A DNA stretch of 64,000 bases from Bryobacterales bacterium (GTDB lineage: Bacteria; Acidobacteriota; Terriglobia; Bryobacterales; UBA6623): NCBI GenBank assembly GCA_963422375.2, contig OY729427.2, positions 1,536,001 to 1,600,000 of the forward strand, read 5' to 3'. Position 1 is the first letter of the stretch. Each line of letters begins with the position of its first letter. This document shows positions 30,989 through 47,079 of the stretch, in pieces. A program made the position numbers and the translations under genes. Below the pieces are notes generated by a model. It was given only the letters and a program-made list of their open reading frames with translations. It was not told the origin of the DNA and did not search any database.

Positions 30989-32743
30989 TCAGTCGGCGGT
31001 CGGCTCGGCGAGCGGGTCGGCCCGCCGACAGCGCAGGCCGATGCGCCGCGACTGCTCGTTCAATTCGAGGACCTCGAACTCGTAGGTCCGTCCGGGCTGC
31101 AGGCGGCGCTCGCCCTTGGGCGACTGGGAGACGTGGCAGAGGCCCTCGACACCGGGGGCCAGCTCAACGAAGGACCCGAACTTCACGCTGCGCCGCACCA
31201 CGCCGGCCACGGTGTCGCCGACGGCGTGCTGGCCTAGGAAAGTGTCCCAGGCGTCCGGCTCGAGCTGCTTCAGGCCCAGCGAGAGGCGCCTCTTGTCCTT
31301 GTCGACGTGCAGGACGACGGTGTTGATTTGCTGGCCCTCGCGGGCCGCTTCGCTCGGGTTCCGCGCGCGAGCATCCCAGGAGAGGTCCGAGACATGCACC
31401 AAGCCCTCGATCCCTTCCACGACTTCCACGAAGAGGCCGTACGAGGCCACGCGGCGGACGACGCCCTCCACCACCATGCCCACGTCGAGGCTGGATGCAT
31501 ACTGGTCCCAAGGGTCCTGGACGAGCCGCTTGAAGCTCAGCGAGATGCGCCGGTCGTCGCGATTCACGTCCAGCACCACGGCCTCGCTCTCCGCTCCGGG
31601 CGAGAAGGTCTTGGATGGATGCTTGGGGCGACGGGACCATTCGATCTCCGAGATGTGGACCAGGCCTTCGACCCCGGACTCGAGCTCGATGAAGGCACCG
31701 TAGTCCTCGACGCTCGAGACGCGGCCGCGCACGCGGTCGCCCGGCGCGTAGCGCTCGGCGACGGTCGCCCATGGATCGGGCGACATCGCTCGCAAACTCA
31801 GTGCCACGCGCTCCTTCTCCGTGTCGATCCGCAGGACCCTGGCGGTCACCTCCTGACCCGGCGCGAGTAAGCCGGAAGGGTTGCCGACGCGGCCGTACGA
31901 CAGCTCCGTCAGCTTGATCAAGCCGTCGATGCCACCGAGGTCGACGAACACGCCGTAGCTGGTGATGTTGCGGACGACGCCGGCGGCGGGCTCGCCGACG
32001 GCGAGAGCGCGCAGCGTGTCGGCCATGCGGGCCTGCCGCTCGGTCTTGAGCAGCTCGCTACGCGACACCACGGCGTTGGAGCGGCGCCGCTCGCACTCCA
32101 CGACGATGACATCCACTGTCTTGCCGACCCAGGCGTCGAGATCGCGCACCGGTCGCAGGTCGACTTGCGAGGCCGGCAGGAAGGCCTCGACGCCGATGTC
32201 GACTCGCAGTCCGCCCTTGACGCGGCGCACGACGCGAGCCGCGACGGCCACGCGTCCCGCGTGCGCCGCTTCGAGGCGGGCCCACTCGGACGCCTCCCGG
32301 ATCCTGCGATACGACAGCGCCGCGTACGAGCCCGCCGCTCCCATGCGCTCGACGAAGACCTCGACGTCCTGGCCCACGCGGGCCGTGATCTCCCCGCTGG
32401 TGTCGCGAAACTCGTCGAGTGGGACGTACCCCTCCACCTTGGCGCCGAACGAGATGATCACGCCGGCCTCTCCGACGGCGACCACGGTCCCCTTGCAGCG
32501 GCTGCCGGGGCGGATGCGCGCTTCCGGGGACACATCGGCCTTGACCGGCGCCGACAGATCTACGGGATCGGCCGGATCCTCGCCGAAATCCTCGCCGGGC
32601 GGCCCGGCCTCGGGCACGCCCGGCACGGGAATGCCGGGGACGCGCGAGCCGCCCGCGTCCGCCGGGGCGGCCGGGGCGGCCGGGGCAGGAGCGTCCGCAA
32701 GCACCGGCACCGCCGGAAGAGAGTCGTTTCCGTTCCGCTCCAT
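30989..32743 (-). CDS. rpsA: Ribosomal protein S1-like protein (six S1 domains)
   Basis: Six S1 repeats (YGVFVDLGGIDGL, YGAFIELESGVEGLVHISE and others); Pro/Ala-rich N-terminal extension. Confidence 0.8.
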   Translation of the reverse strand: MERNGNDSLPAVPVLADAPAPAAPAAPADAGGSRVPGIPVPGVPEAGPPGEDFGEDPADPVDLSAPVKADVSPEARIRPGSRCKGTVVAVGEAGVIISFGAKVEGYVPLDEFRDTSGEITARVGQDVEVFVERMGAAGSYAALSYRRIREASEWARLEAAHAGRVAVAARVVRRVKGGLRVDIGVEAFLPASQVDLRPVRDLDAWVGKTVDVIVVECERRRSNAVVSRSELLKTERQARMADTLRALAVGEPAAGVVRNITSYGVFVDLGGIDGLIKLTELSYGRVGNPSGLLAPGQEVTARVLRIDTEKERVALSLRAMSPDPWATVAERYAPGDRVRGRVSSVEDYGAFIELESGVEGLVHISEIEWSRRPKHPSKTFSPGAESEAVVLDVNRDDRRISLSFKRLVQDPWDQYASSLDVGMVVEGVVRRVASYGLFVEVVEGIEGLVHVSDLSWDARARNPSEAAREGQQINTVVLHVDKDKRRLSLGLKQLEPDAWDTFLGQHAVGDTVAGVVRRSVKFGSFVELAPGVEGLCHVSQSPKGERRLQPGRTYEFEVLELNEQSRRIGLRCRRADPLAEPTAD

Positions 32744-32954
32744 CGCTCGCTACTGCCTGCAATTCGCGGGCGCCCCGGCGAACCCACGCCCCGCCGGAGC
32801 CACACCGCCCGGCCAAGGCCGCGCTCCCCACGGCCCGATGCCCGGAGCACCAAGCCTGCTAACTATATCCGAAAGCGAGCCCGCTGTCAACGGGCCGCAG
32901 CCGTGGCGCGAACCGGGTATGCTAGGCATTCGCCCCCGAGGGAGGAGACGTCGC

Positions 32955-33221
32955 GTGCCGATCAGCCAAGAGCTGCTGGAAATCCTATGCTGCCCTACTT
33001 CGCGGACGCCCTTGCGAATGCTGGGAGCGGAGCGCGTGGGGAGGCTCAACCGCGCCGTCGAGGCCGGCGCGCTGCGCTACGCCGACGGGTCGCCGGTCGA
33101 GCAGCCGCTCGAGGAGGCCTTGATGACGACGGACGGCGCGACGGTCTACCGGATCGACGCCAGCATCCCCGTGATGCTGGCGGACCGGGCGATCCCCGCC
33201 GCCCAGGTCGAGGGCTGGTAG
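32955..33221 (+). CDS. Trm112 family protein
   Basis: ELLEILCCP...YRIDASIPVML; SD ggaggag upstream of the GTG. Confidence 0.85.
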   Translation: MPISQELLEILCCPTSRTPLRMLGAERVGRLNRAVEAGALRYADGSPVEQPLEEALMTTDGATVYRIDASIPVMLADRAIPAAQVEGW

Positions 33222-33270
33222 GGAGCGGCGCGACGGCCGACTTCCGCCGACGCGACGCGCCGCGTGCAAA

Positions 33271-33387
33271 TCGGGCAGCGTCCTACTCTCCCACGCCGTC
33301 GCCAGCGCAGTACCATCGGGGCTGAGGAGCTTAACTGCCGTGTTCGGGATGAGAACGGGTGTGGCCTCCTCGCTATGACCACCCGAA
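33271..33387 (-). rRNA. rrf: 5S rRNA
   Basis: Reverse complement contains cccgttctcatcccgaacacggcagttaagctc and tgggagagtagg. Confidence 0.95.
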
Positions 33388-33525
33388 AAGGGTCCCGGGC
33401 CGCGCAACGGCCCGGGCTGCGCTCCCCCGCGGGGGAGCGCCTAGCCGAATTCCGAAGGTCTGGCAACCGCCGTGCCCGAACCGGGGCGCGCCCCCCTCCG
33501 GGGAGCTTCGCTCCGGGCAAGCTTT

Positions 33526-36444
<2,919 letters not shown>

Positions 36445-36665
36445 AAAACTTGCCCGGAACCAAGCCCCGTCCCGCTCGCGCGGGTCGGAGGGGTCACCGG
36501 GCGGCGCTACTCGGACAGCGCCCGCGACGCGCTACGCGCGCCGGGCGCTTCCGGCGATTACCTATGACCTTCGTTATTCGGCTTTCAAGGAACGGGATTC
36601 CGCTACGCGGGATCCCTCGCCGGGCCGCGGGGCTCGAAGACCCGCGGCCCGGCCAAGGACCGGCG

Positions 36666-36742
36666 TGGTGGGCGTGGCTGGATTTGAACCAGCGACCTCA
36701 TCCTTATCAGGGATGCGCTCTAACCAACTGAGCTACACGCCC
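36666..36742 (-). tRNA. tRNA-Ile(GAT)
   Basis: Cloverleaf, anticodon arm cctGATaagg, encoded CCA. Confidence 0.96.
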
Positions 36743-36766
36743 GAGCGAGGCCGCCCCCGGTCGGGG

Positions 36767-36842
36767 TGGTGGAGCTGATCGGAGTCGAACCGACGACCTC
36801 CTGATTGCAAATCAGGCGCTCTCCCAGCTGAGCTACAGCCCC
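36767..36842 (-). tRNA. tRNA-Ala(TGC)
   Basis: GGGGCTGTAGCTCAG start, anticodon loop ttTGCaa, encoded CCA. Confidence 0.96.
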
Positions 36843-37007
36843 GGACGCGAGATCGCAGCCCGAGCTGAGGCCGGTTGGACGCGGGCGGCCGGCTACGCCG
36901 GTCGCCGTCAAGCACGGATCTCTGCCTCCGAGCGAGAGAATGCCGGATGGCTGGAGCCGCCGGCTGCCGATGCCCCGGAGGGCCGACCGGCCGGAAGCCC
37001 GGTCTCT

Positions 37008-38503
<1,496 letters not shown>

Positions 38504-38610
38504 AAAAGCTATTCACCCAATGCGCCACGAAGGCGCACGGGCGATGCCTCAGAGTTCGCCGATCCGGCTGTCACTCGGAATCAGACGAAACGTACTGCAC
38601 GTCCAACCGA

Positions 38611-38624
38611 TCTGTCAAAGATCA
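38611..38624 (-). promoter_or_regulatory. rrn leader BoxA-like antitermination site
   Basis: TGATCTTTGACAGA upstream of 16S. Confidence 0.6.
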
Positions 38625-38760
38625 GCGCCGACGCGGATCGCTTCGCAGGTACGCCTTGCGACGCCTGCAATCCCCGCGACGGGCCAGCCTCACGCCGGGG
38701 CGGAACGCCCCGGCAACGACCTAGGACGCACGAAGCACCCCAAACCGCCGCTCTTTTAGT

Positions 38761-38830
38761 ATCCTAGCACGGCGCGGCGGGGCGCGCAAGGGGTAGGGGC
38801 GTTTTTTTTCGTGTTCGGCGAGATTTTTTT
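38761..38830 (-). promoter_or_regulatory. rRNA operon promoter with UP-like A-tracts
   Basis: TTGCGC-17 nt-TAGGAT with a TG extension; two upstream A-tracts. Confidence 0.7.
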
Positions 38831-38864
38831 CCGCGGGCGGCCGAGCGCTGCTACACTCGCCAGC

Positions 38865-39695
38865 GTGACGCGACCTGTCCTGCTCGCCGCAGCCGCCCTC
38901 GCCAGCGTCCCGGCCGCCTCGGCGCAGCTGCTGGCCGCCAGGGAGAGCGCCTTCGCGGCGGGCCACCACCATCTGAACGTGAGCGACCTCGACCAGCACA
39001 AGCGCTTCTGGGGCGAGCTGCTGGGCGGCGAGACGGCCAGGTTCGGCCAGACCGACGTAGTCAAGATCCCCAACATGCTGCTGTTCCTGCGAGAGCGGGA
39101 GCCCACCGGCGCGAGCGACGGCAGCAGCGTCAACCATCTGGGCTTCCGCGTGCCGGACCTGCGGGGGGTGATCCGGCGGGTGCAGGCGGCCGGCCTGGAG
39201 ATCGTCACGACGCAGGTCGTCGCCGGCGCCGTGAGCGACATCCACTATAACGCCGACCAGAACGTCCACATGGCCTTCGTCAAGAGCCCCGACGGCCTGC
39301 GCGTGGAGCTGATGGAAGACCGGTCGCTCGAGGGCATCGTGGCCCACCACATCCACGTGTTCACGGCGGACGACGCCGCCACGCGGGACTGGTACGTGAG
39401 GCACTTCGGCGGCCAGCCGGGCATGCGCGGGCGCTTCAGGAAGATGGACGTGCCGGGCATAGAGGTGACGTTCGCCGCCGCTCCCGACGGGACGGCGCCG
39501 ACCAAGGGGCGGGTCCTCGATCACATCGGCTTCGAGGTCGACAACCTAGAAGCGTTCTGCGAGGAGCTCGAGAGCAAGGGGGTGAAGTTCGACGTGCCGT
39601 TCCGCGAGATTCCGGCGATGGGCCTGTCGGTGGCGTTCCTGACCGATCCCTGGGGAACCTACATCGAGCTGACCGAGGGCCTGGACGAGTTCTAG
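38865..39695 (+). CDS. Secreted VOC/glyoxalase family protein
   Basis: [36 protein letters not shown]; signal peptide. Confidence 0.88.
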   Translation: MTRPVLLAAAALASVPAASAQLLAARESAFAAGHHHLNVSDLDQHKRFWGELLGGETARFGQTDVVKIPNMLLFLREREPTGASDGSSVNHLGFRVPDLRGVIRRVQAAGLEIVTTQVVAGAVSDIHYNADQNVHMAFVKSPDGLRVELMEDRSLEGIVAHHIHVFTADDAATRDWYVRHFGGQPGMRGRFRKMDVPGIEVTFAAAPDGTAPTKGRVLDHIGFEVDNLEAFCEELESKGVKFDVPFREIPAMGLSVAFLTDPWGTYIELTEGLDEF

Positions 39696-39916
39696 CGGAT
39701 TCGCAGCGGAGCGACGATCGCGGGCTGCGGACCGGGGCGCCCTGCGGATCTCGGGCGGGCATGGCGACCGCCCGCGAGGCGAACAGTCGATCACCGCGCA
39801 GTCCCGAGTCGCGTCCCCGCGCTCGACCGAGACAGGCGATCCGTCCCCGCCCGTGCCGCGAGGGGCGGGTGCTACGATATGGTTCTTCCCTGAATTCCTC
39901 AAAGGAGAGCTACACG

Positions 39917-40513
39917 ATGGCCTTTTCGGTTCCCGACCTTCCCTACGACTTCGGAGCGCTGGAGCCCCATATCGACGCCCGCACGATGCAGATCCATCAC
40001 GGCAAGCACCATGCCGCCTACGTGGCCAAGCTGAACGCCGCCGTGGCCGGGACCGCCCAAGCGGACCTCGACATCAACGACTTGGTGTCGGACGCGGCGG
40101 CCGTGGCCAACGCGGCCGTGCGCAACAACGGCGGCGGCCACGCGAACCACTCGCTGTTCTGGACGGTCATGAGCCCGGAAGGGGGCGGTCGGCCCGAGGG
40201 CGCGCTGGCGGACGCCATCGGGGAGGCCTTCGGCGGGTTCGACGGCTTCCAATCGCAGTTCTCGGCAGCCGCGGCGAACCGCTTCGGCAGCGGCTGGGCC
40301 TGGCTGAGCGTGGACGGTGGCCAGCTGGTCGTCGAGTCGTCGCCGAATCAGGACTCCCCGCTCATGGAAGGGCGCGTGCCGATTCTCGGCCTCGACGTCT
40401 GGGAGCACGCATACTACCTGAATTACCAGAACCGCAGGCCCGACTACATCGCGGCGTTCTACAACGTCATCGATTGGAACGCGGTGGCCGGGCGGTACGC
40501 GGCGGCCGTTTAG
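39917..40513 (+). CDS. sodA: Superoxide dismutase, probably Mn type
   Basis: [31 protein letters not shown]. Confidence 0.95.
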   Translation: MAFSVPDLPYDFGALEPHIDARTMQIHHGKHHAAYVAKLNAAVAGTAQADLDINDLVSDAAAVANAAVRNNGGGHANHSLFWTVMSPEGGGRPEGALADAIGEAFGGFDGFQSQFSAAAANRFGSGWAWLSVDGGQLVVESSPNQDSPLMEGRVPILGLDVWEHAYYLNYQNRRPDYIAAFYNVIDWNAVAGRYAAAV

Positions 40514-41694
40514 GCCCCGGATCGAGCGCCTTCCGCCCGGGCCGGCGCGAACCGGTCCGGACGGAAGGAGACCGCAGGCTGCCACCGGCGGCCCTCGAGC
40601 ATCTCGTCGGCGAGCAGTTCCCCGCTGAGAGGAGCGAGTAGGATCCCCTTGCGGAAATGCCCGGCGGAAACGAACACCCGGACCTGCCCCGGCACGGGCC
40701 CGACGACCGGTTGCATGTCCTCGCAGAACGGGCGGAACCCGGTCCATCGCGCGCCGAAGGATACCGCGCGCAGCGCCGGGAACAGGTCGCGGAATTCGGT
40801 CCGGATCCGATCCGCGACCGCAAGGTCGGGCCGCTCGCTGAACCCGACGTCCTCTTCGGACCCGCCACCCGCGAGGGGACCGCAGGCTAGCTGCCAGTAA
40901 TAGAAGTCCGGGCCGACCACCACGGAGCGGATTGTGCCGGGCGGCCGCGAGCCGGTGGCAAGGAGCGTGCCGCGGATCGGGCGGATTGGCGGCTCCCAGC
41001 CCAGCAAGCGGGTGAGCAGCGGCGTCCAGGCACCCGCCGCCACGACGACGGCGCCGGAACCGATGCGCCCGTGCTTCGTGCGCACGCCTGCGCCGGAAGG
41101 CTCGATGTGGCGAACCGCCTGGCCCAGGCAAATCGCTACGCCGTGACGACGCAGCCACGCTGCCAGCGCAGCGGCAAGCTTCAGCGGATGGATGGATCCA
41201 TCTTGGGGGAACCATACGGCGCGCGAGCCGCGCCGGAGGCGCGGCTCGCAGCGCTCAACTTCCGGTCCCGCGAGCAGTTCGGCGTCGAAACCCGCCTGCC
41301 TCACGCGGTCCACGCGGGCGCGCTCCCGCGGGACGGCACCCTCGTCCACGAGCTTCAGCAACCCGCCCGGCACGTGGTCGCAGGGGAACTCGGCCCGCAG
41401 CCGGGCATGCAGGTCGGCCGCCTTCCGCGCCACGAGCGGGGTCGCGAAGGTGAGGCACTCGTGGCCGGGCCACAGTCCGCCCGCGCTCGCGCCAGTCGCG
41501 CCCCCGCCGATCGACACCCGGTCGAGGAGCGCGATCCCGCGGGTTCCGCGGCTCACCAAGGAGCAGGCGGTGCAGAGGCCCACGAGCCCGGCGCCAACAA
41601 CCACCACGTCGGCGGTCGCCGGCAGCGGGTCCGACGCCAGGAGCGTCGCGCGGGATGCCGCCGGGAGCGTCCGGGACCAGATGGTATCCCGCAC
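40510..41694 (-). CDS. FAD-dependent oxidoreductase (DAO/ThiO family)
   Basis: [32 protein letters not shown]. Confidence 0.88.
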   Translation of the reverse strand: MRDTIWSRTLPAASRATLLASDPLPATADVVVVGAGLVGLCTACSLVSRGTRGIALLDRVSIGGGATGASAGGLWPGHECLTFATPLVARKAADLHARLRAEFPCDHVPGGLLKLVDEGAVPRERARVDRVRQAGFDAELLAGPEVERCEPRLRRGSRAVWFPQDGSIHPLKLAAALAAWLRRHGVAICLGQAVRHIEPSGAGVRTKHGRIGSGAVVVAAGAWTPLLTRLLGWEPPIRPIRGTLLATGSRPPGTIRSVVVGPDFYYWQLACGPLAGGGSEEDVGFSERPDLAVADRIRTEFRDLFPALRAVSFGARWTGFRPFCEDMQPVVGPVPGQVRVFVSAGHFRKGILLAPLSGELLADEMLEGRRWQPAVSFRPDRFAPARAEGARSGA

Positions 41695-41741
41695 ACGGCT
41701 ATCGTATCAGCCGCCAGACCAGCCCCTGGCGGGCCCGCTCG

Positions 41742-44366
41742 TCACCCGGACTGCGGCTCGAGCCGCATGGCCTCCCCGTCGCGGTCGACCTGCACTGCGT
41801 CGCCGTCGGCGATGCGGCCTTCGAGCAAGGCGAGGGCCAAGGGGTCCTGAATCAGCCGCTGGATCGCGCGCTTCATCGGCCGCGCGCCGTAATGGCGGTC
41901 GTAGCCCTGGGCCACGATCAGGTCCTTGGCCTCCGCGGTCACCTGCAAGCGGATGCGCCGGTCCGCCAGGAGCGCCCCGACGCGGGCGAGCTGCAGGTCG
42001 ACGATCTGGTAGAGATGCTCCCTGCGGAGGTTGTCGAAGACGACGATGTCGTCGATCCGGTTGAGGAATTCGGGGCGGAACGTCCGGCCGAGCTCGTTCA
42101 TCAGGGCCGTGCGGTTGCCCGATTCGCGCGAGGGGCCGGGCTCGCTGAGGGCGTACCCGATCGCGCCGTTGCGCAGAATCTCCTGTGAGCCGACGTTCGA
42201 GGTCATCACGATGACCGCGTTGGCGAAGCTCACGGTCCGCCCCTTCCCGTCGGTCAGGCGGCCGTCTTCCAGCACCTGCAGCAGGACGTTGAAGACGTCG
42301 GGGTGGGCCTTCTCGATCTCGTCTAGGAGCACGACAGAATAGGGCGACCGTCGGACGTGCTCGGTGAGCTGGCCGCCCTCGTCGTGGCCAACGTACCCCG
42401 GGGGAGCACCGATCATGCGGGAGACGGAGTGCTTCTCCATGTACTCAGACATGTCGACGCGGGCCATCGCCTGGGGGGAGTCGAACAGGAACTCGGCGAG
42501 TGCGCGCGCCAGCTCCGTCTTCCCTACTCCCGTCGGGCCTAGGAACACGAAGGACCCGATGGGCCGGTCGGGATCGCCGAGGCCCGCACGGCTGCGACGG
42601 ACCGCGTTCGCGACCGAGCGAATGGCGTGGTCCTGACCGATTACCTTCCGCATCAGAGCCTCGTCCATGTGAACGAGCTTCTCGACCTCGCCCTGCAGCA
42701 TCTTGGCGACCGGGATCCCGGTCCACTTGGCGACGATTCTCGCGACATCCTCCTCGACGACCTCCCCGCGCGCCAGCGGGCTGTCGCCGCGCCGCTCCTC
42801 GAGCCGCCGGGTAGACGCGGCGAGGTCTTGCTCTACCTGGGCGATGCGGCCGTAGCGAATCTCGGAGGCGGCGGCCAGATCCCCCGAGCGCTGGGCCTGC
42901 TCCTGGGCGTTGCGCAGGCGCTCGATCTCCTCCTTGAGACGCTTGACGTCGTCGATCAGGCGCTTCTCGGCCTGCCACTGGTCGCGGAGCCTCGAGGAAT
43001 TCCCGCGCAGATCCTCCAGTTCGCTCTCTATGGCTGCTAGGCGCTCCGGCGCTCCGGGCCCTCCGTCCTTCTGCAGGGCCCGACGCTCGATCTCGAGCTG
43101 CACCGCCTTGCGCTCCATCCTATCGACCTCGACCGGCACCGAGTCCACCTGCATCCGCAGGGTGGCGCCCGCCTCGTCGATCAGGTCGATGGCCTTGTCG
43201 GGCAGGAAGCGGTCACTGATGTAGCGGTCCGAGAGCGTGGCCGCCGCGACGAGCGCCGCGTCCCGGTAGCGGACCGAGTGGTGGATCTCGTAGGTCTCCT
43301 TCAGCCCTCGCAGGATCGCGATCGTGTCCTCGACGGAAGGCTGGTCCACGAGGAGCGTCTGGAAGCGCCGCTCCAGCGCGGCGTCCTTCTCGATGTACTT
43401 GCGGTACTCGGCCAGCGTGGTCGCGCCTACGCAGCGGAGCAGCCCGCGGGCGAGGGCGGGCTTGAGCATGTTGGCGGCATCGATCGAGCCCTCGCTCGCG
43501 CCCGCCCCGACCAGCGTGTGCAGTTCGTCGATAAAGCACACGATCTCGCCGTCGGAACTCTCGATTTCCTTGAGAACTGCCTTGAGGCGCTCCTCGAACT
43601 CCCCGCGGAACTTGGTGCCCGCGACCATCGACGGCAGGTCGATCGCGACGATGCGCTTGTTCTTCAGCGTCTCGGGCACATCGCCCTTCACGATCCGCTG
43701 AGCAAGGCCCTCGGCGATGGCGGTCTTGCCGACGCCCGGCTCCCCGATCAGGACGGGGTTGTTCTTGGTGCGGCGCGAGAGCACCTGAATGACGCGCCGG
43801 ATCTCCTCGTCGCGTCCGATGACCGGGTCGAGCTTGCCCTGCCGGGCCGTCGCGGTCAGGTCAGTCGCGTAGCGCTCGAGCGCCTGGTACTTGGATTCGG
43901 GTGTCTGGTCGGTCACGCGCTGGGCGCCGCGCACCGCGGCGAGTGCCTGGAGGATGGCCTCGCGGGTCGCGCCCAGATCCTTGAGCAGGAGACCGGCGGC
44001 GTCGCGCTTTAGAGAGCTGACGGCCAGCAGGAGGTGCTCGGTCGACACGTAGTCGTCCTTGAAGCTGGAGGCCTCCTTCTCTGCGACGGAGATGAGCTCC
44101 TGCACGGAGCGGTCGAGGCGGGTCGCCGGATCGGCGCCGCGAACGGCGGGAATGTCGCGGAGGAGGGAGCGCGCCCTTGCCGCGGCGTCCGGCTGCGGGA
44201 TTCCGAGCTTGGCGAGGACAGCCGGCACGATGCCCCGCTCCTCCTCGACGAGGGCCACCAGCAGGTGCGCGGGAAGGAGCGTCTGGTGCTCGGCCTCGGT
44301 GGCGAGCACCTGCATCTGCCGGAACGACTCCTGCGCCTTCTGGGTGAATCGGTCCATAGAAATCAT
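41742..44366 (-). CDS. clpB: ATP-dependent chaperone ClpB
   Basis: Two AAA+ modules ([16 protein letters not shown]), coiled-coil M domain, RPEFLNRID. Confidence 0.97.
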   Translation of the reverse strand: MISMDRFTQKAQESFRQMQVLATEAEHQTLLPAHLLVALVEEERGIVPAVLAKLGIPQPDAAARARSLLRDIPAVRGADPATRLDRSVQELISVAEKEASSFKDDYVSTEHLLLAVSSLKRDAAGLLLKDLGATREAILQALAAVRGAQRVTDQTPESKYQALERYATDLTATARQGKLDPVIGRDEEIRRVIQVLSRRTKNNPVLIGEPGVGKTAIAEGLAQRIVKGDVPETLKNKRIVAIDLPSMVAGTKFRGEFEERLKAVLKEIESSDGEIVCFIDELHTLVGAGASEGSIDAANMLKPALARGLLRCVGATTLAEYRKYIEKDAALERRFQTLLVDQPSVEDTIAILRGLKETYEIHHSVRYRDAALVAAATLSDRYISDRFLPDKAIDLIDEAGATLRMQVDSVPVEVDRMERKAVQLEIERRALQKDGGPGAPERLAAIESELEDLRGNSSRLRDQWQAEKRLIDDVKRLKEEIERLRNAQEQAQRSGDLAAASEIRYGRIAQVEQDLAASTRRLEERRGDSPLARGEVVEEDVARIVAKWTGIPVAKMLQGEVEKLVHMDEALMRKVIGQDHAIRSVANAVRRSRAGLGDPDRPIGSFVFLGPTGVGKTELARALAEFLFDSPQAMARVDMSEYMEKHSVSRMIGAPPGYVGHDEGGQLTEHVRRSPYSVVLLDEIEKAHPDVFNVLLQVLEDGRLTDGKGRTVSFANAVIVMTSNVGSQEILRNGAIGYALSEPGPSRESGNRTALMNELGRTFRPEFLNRIDDIVVFDNLRREHLYQIVDLQLARVGALLADRRIRLQVTAEAKDLIVAQGYDRHYGARPMKRAIQRLIQDPLALALLEGRIADGDAVQVDRDGEAMRLEPQSG

Positions 44367-44472
44367 GGCTTGGCCCCTCCTTGTTCCCTCGGCTCGGGTC
44401 TACGGGCGCACGCGCTAGCGGCTCGGGCGGAGGCGGCCTAGGGCCGCCTCCGCGGGCGCCGACGAATCGACC

Positions 44473-44871
44473 TCAGTTGACAGCGATCCGGCGGTAGAGA
44501 TCCTCTGGCGGACGCTTCGGGACCGTGATCTCGAGGACCCCGGCCTCGTAGGCCGCCGCGACACCGTCGGCGTCCGCCGCCTCGGGCAAGCGGAAGCGAC
44601 GGAGGAACTTGCCGCTCGGGCGCTCGAAGCGACGGAATCGCGCTTCGGTCTCGGGTGCCTTGCGTTCGCCGAGAACGCTCAACACGCCGTCCTGGACGCG
44701 GACCTCGATGCTGTCCTTGGCCGAGCCGGGAATGTCTCCGCGCAGCAGATAGGCGGCGTCGGTCTCCTCGATGTCGAAGGAAGGCACCCAAGCCGGGCCG
44801 GACTCGCGCGCGACGGAGAGCGGGGCAGCGCCCGTCCAAGGGGCGAACGGAGTGCAGGCGATGATGTTCAT
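44473..44871 (-). CDS. Hsp20/alpha-crystallin small heat-shock protein
   Basis: WVPSFDIEET, DIPG, ERPSGKFLRRFRLP, GVLEITVPK; SD gaggag. Confidence 0.92.
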   Translation of the reverse strand: MNIIACTPFAPWTGAAPLSVARESGPAWVPSFDIEETDAAYLLRGDIPGSAKDSIEVRVQDGVLSVLGERKAPETEARFRRFERPSGKFLRRFRLPEAADADGVAAAYEAGVLEITVPKRPPEDLYRRIAVN

Positions 44872-44893
44872 GGTAGTTTCTCCTCTCTTGTTG

Positions 44894-44983
44894 GGTGGAA
44901 GCGTCGCTTCCACCTTCAGTTTACGCCCTCCAAGGAAGATGTCAAGCGCCATGATAAATAAATCTGAGTATATTCATATCAGA
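44894..44983 (-). promoter_or_regulatory. hsp20-clpB promoter with a HAIR-like inverted repeat and a 5' hairpin
   Basis: TTGACA-16 nt-TAAACT; TCTGAGT-N7-TATCAGA at 44963-44983; perfect palindrome at 44894-44914. Confidence 0.6.
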
Positions 44984-45868
44984 TAATCTTCTACGAACAC
45001 TTGCAAGAGTATCGTCGGCGATGCGACCTACGCGCTATAGTTCGACCCGTGGGTGGACTAGACTCACCAAGCCGACCCCGTCTCCGTAGCGTTCCGACCA
45101 GGGGCCGGACGGGAGGGCCCGCACGTGAGTGTGCGCCTAGCAGCTAGCGCAGAGGGCAGTCCGCCGCGCGGCGAATCATACTTCGCGGGCATCAAGCCCA
45201 CGGGCTTCAAGGTTCGCAGGCTTCAATTCACCTACGAGGTCGGTCCCTGCTCAGGGGGCCGCACGGATCAGACTGTCGTCGACCTACACCGCGGGGCCCA
45301 AGCGCTCGCAGCTCTTCCGGATCCCCTGATGGCTTTGCGCCGGGGCCTCCGGCCAATTCAACGAGACACCACGGCTCGCCGTCGTCCGCACTTAATTCGC
45401 CATGCGCGCAACCGGCAATTCGCGATCCAGAGAAGGGAACATTGTGCCGACGTCAGGGAATCGCAGGGGGCGGAAACGAGGTCGGCGCGGCCCAGCCGAG
45501 GCGAATGGTCTCGCGCGAGGGCGCTGCGGTCCGCCCGCCACGGCTGGGTTGGAGCCTGGGGCGGTTCGCGGGCCGCGATCGTCCGAGAGGGTCGAGTCGA
45601 AGCGAGCGGTGGTTCCAGCCCGAGACTACGTGCCCGGACATCTCGACCTCGCGCCTGCCTCCCGGTGCGCCAACGGGCACGGGCGACGAGCACCCAGGAA
45701 CGTCTGCTGCACGGGGCAGTCGAACGCACTCAATCGCCGTGCGTCCCCGACCGGCACCCGCGAATCTTCCATCGTCGGCAACGGCTCCAAGTCGATTCGA
45801 TGACGGTCCTCCAAAGGCTCCGCGCTAGGCCCGCCAGCCTCCCGCGAAGACCATCGCTCCCCGACAGA

Positions 45869-45906
45869 GGCTCAATGGCGTGTAGTGGGCTCAATGGCGT
45901 GTAGTG
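45869..45906. repeat. Perfect 19-bp tandem duplication
   Basis: ggctcaatggcgtgtagtg x2. Confidence 0.9.
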
Positions 45907-45929
45907 TCGTATCTCCTACGGGAATAGCT

Positions 45930-46190
45930 GCTACGCTCTGGCAGCGCATCGCGCAGGACAGCTCAGCTCTGGTTGATCGATATTATCGGCTGATGCTAGT
46001 GATCGGGCCAGAGCGGACCGGCCAGAGCTCTGCCCTGCGCCAGCTCGCTGCTGAGCACTGTTGGCCACTGGTCAATGTCAGCCTGTCGCTTTCGGAGCGC
46101 CTCCTGGACTTCACTTCGCGCCGCGGGCGATTGAGGTGTCGCAGTTGCTCGGCGATTCGGTCCCAGAGCGCAAGGACGAGGTGCTGACCT
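45930..46190 (+). pseudogene. BREX type 3 BrxF-like P-loop protein remnant
   Basis: YYRLMLVIGPERTGQSSALRQLA..WPLVNVSLSLSERLL; frameshifted and truncated. Confidence 0.7.
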
Positions 46191-46592
46191 ACGCCGTGCC
46201 GAGGCATCCCGAGCACCTGAGACGCCACCCACCCTGCGGTCGCGTCCGGGGCCGATAAAATCTCGGATCGCTTTCAAGTGCTGCGCTTCGAGATCCGAGC
46301 CACGAGGATGGCGCTGCGCGACGCCATCTGCCTCCACATCGAGAAGCGGCTCGAGGAACTCGGCATCCATTTCAAGTTCCCTTCGGCCAGCAAAGTCACT
46401 TATCATAAGGATTCCTTTCCCGCGATGATGGCGGCCGGGTTGGAGAAGGTCACCGTGACCAAAGCAAGTCTCCAAGCGGCGCTGTTTAAAGGCGGCATTC
46501 CCTGCACTGTCAAGGATCTGGACAGTCGATTTAATCAATACGTGGCAGAGCTAGCCAAGGACCTGAACAAGATGAGGGTGATTGTCGAATGA
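46190..46592 (+). pseudogene. BREX type 3 BrxC/DUF6079 ATPase remnant with a large internal deletion
   Basis: RFQVLRFEI..MALRDAI..FKFP..FPAMMAA fused to a C-terminal GLEKV..AALFKGGIPCT..RVIVE. Confidence 0.65.
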
Positions 46593-47079
46593 ATCCCAAG
46601 GTGTATGTCGAGACCTCAGTCGTGGGCTACCGCACCTCTCGTCCGTCGTGCGATGTTGTAGCGTTGGGAAGCCAGATTGTCACCTGCGAGTGGTGGCGAG
46701 ATGCGGGGAAGCGGTTTGAGTTGGTTGCATCCCAACTCGTGATTGACGAGGCCAGAGATGGTGATCTCGATGCCGTCCTAGATCGCCTTTCTGTGATCAA
46801 TACATCGACAGTTATTGACGCTACTACAGAAGCAGACGACCTTGCACTGCAGCTCTTGAACGCGGAGAATTGCCTCGGAAGGCAGCGGACGATCCCGCAC
46901 ATATCGCATTGGCTACTACCAACGTTGCGGATTATTTTTTCACATGGAATCTTTGCCATATTGCGAACGCTGAGATGCGCCCTTCAATCGAACGGACGTG
47001 TAGCAAAGCGGGCCACTTAGGTCCGATTATCTGCACGTCCAGCCAACTCATGGAGACTCAGAATGGAGAGGACAATTGA
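46589..47079 (+). pseudogene. PIN-domain (VapC-like) toxin, frameshifted
   Basis: KVYVETSVV, EWW, SQLVIDE, then DPAHIALA..TWNLCHIAN in another frame. Confidence 0.8.

Noticed and set aside
45125..45904. 259-aa ORF upstream of the BREX relic
   Set aside because: It has low-complexity composition and no recognisable motifs.
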